Source: Candidatus Paracaedibacteraceae bacterium UBA6184 (GTDB lineage Bacteria; Pseudomonadota; Alphaproteobacteria; UBA6184). Taken from it: DNA of 24,000 bases. The position numbers and the translations under genes are program-made. The notes below the pieces were generated by a model that made no database searches, was not told where the DNA came from, and was given only the letters and a program-made list of their open reading frames with translations. Below are positions 23,848 through 24,000 of this stretch, one piece after another; position 1 is the stretch's first letter; each line of letters begins with the position of its first letter. The stretch spans positions 21,465 through 45,464 of the forward strand of contig DITM01000098.1 in the NCBI GenBank assembly GCA_002422845.1, written 5' to 3'.

Positions 23848-24000
23848 TTTGAAGTCCTTAATAGGTGAAAACTTGAAATCAATAGTTCGCAGATTTTACC
23901 ACATTTGTAAATATAGCCCAACATATAATACCAACCTCACTCAACCCTCTCCACTTTTTTAAAGCAAAAAAAGATCTAGGCTAAACTGTTTATAGCGCCT

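Overview
This 24-kb window looks like chromosomal DNA from a moderately AT-rich alphaproteobacterium, possibly a host-associated Rickettsiales/Holosporales-like lineage. That placement is an inference from gene content, synteny and repeat load, not a database hit. Left third (1-8400, minus strand): a decaying HK97/GTA-type head module with portal, prohead protease, major capsid, head-tail adaptor and two small coupled ORFs. No terminase is present. The capsid looks damaged at both ends and the head-tail connector gene is reduced to fragments. The module is split between protease and capsid by a roughly 3.4-kb, visibly more AT-rich island of six small minus-strand genes. Five encode 150-175 aa proteins with clear N-terminal signal peptides and no family I can recognise; one is probably a frameshifted relic. 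The genes sit in moron-like units with their own intrinsic terminators. A seventh signal-peptide gene lies convergent to the capsid 3' end. This secreted-protein island inside a phage/GTA head module is my best candidate for something undescribed. Right two-thirds: housekeeping genes ybaB-recR-tatD, an MBL-fold hydrolase, pepA-holC, ssb-gyrA, fmt and an ABC-F ATPase. An rtcB-prfH ribosome rescue/repair operon is wedged between tatD and the MBL hydrolase and is bracketed by repeats. Two more orphan signal-peptide genes also occur here. At least two families of short structured repeats occur throughout the window: a GCAACG-N3-CGTTGC-ATCC hairpin-bounded element of about 200-240 bp, and a nested-hairpin element of about 80 bp flanking fmt. 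Both show compensatory stem changes between copies, and they supply gene ends, 5' leaders and spurious ORFs. I found no tRNA, rRNA or CRISPR array.
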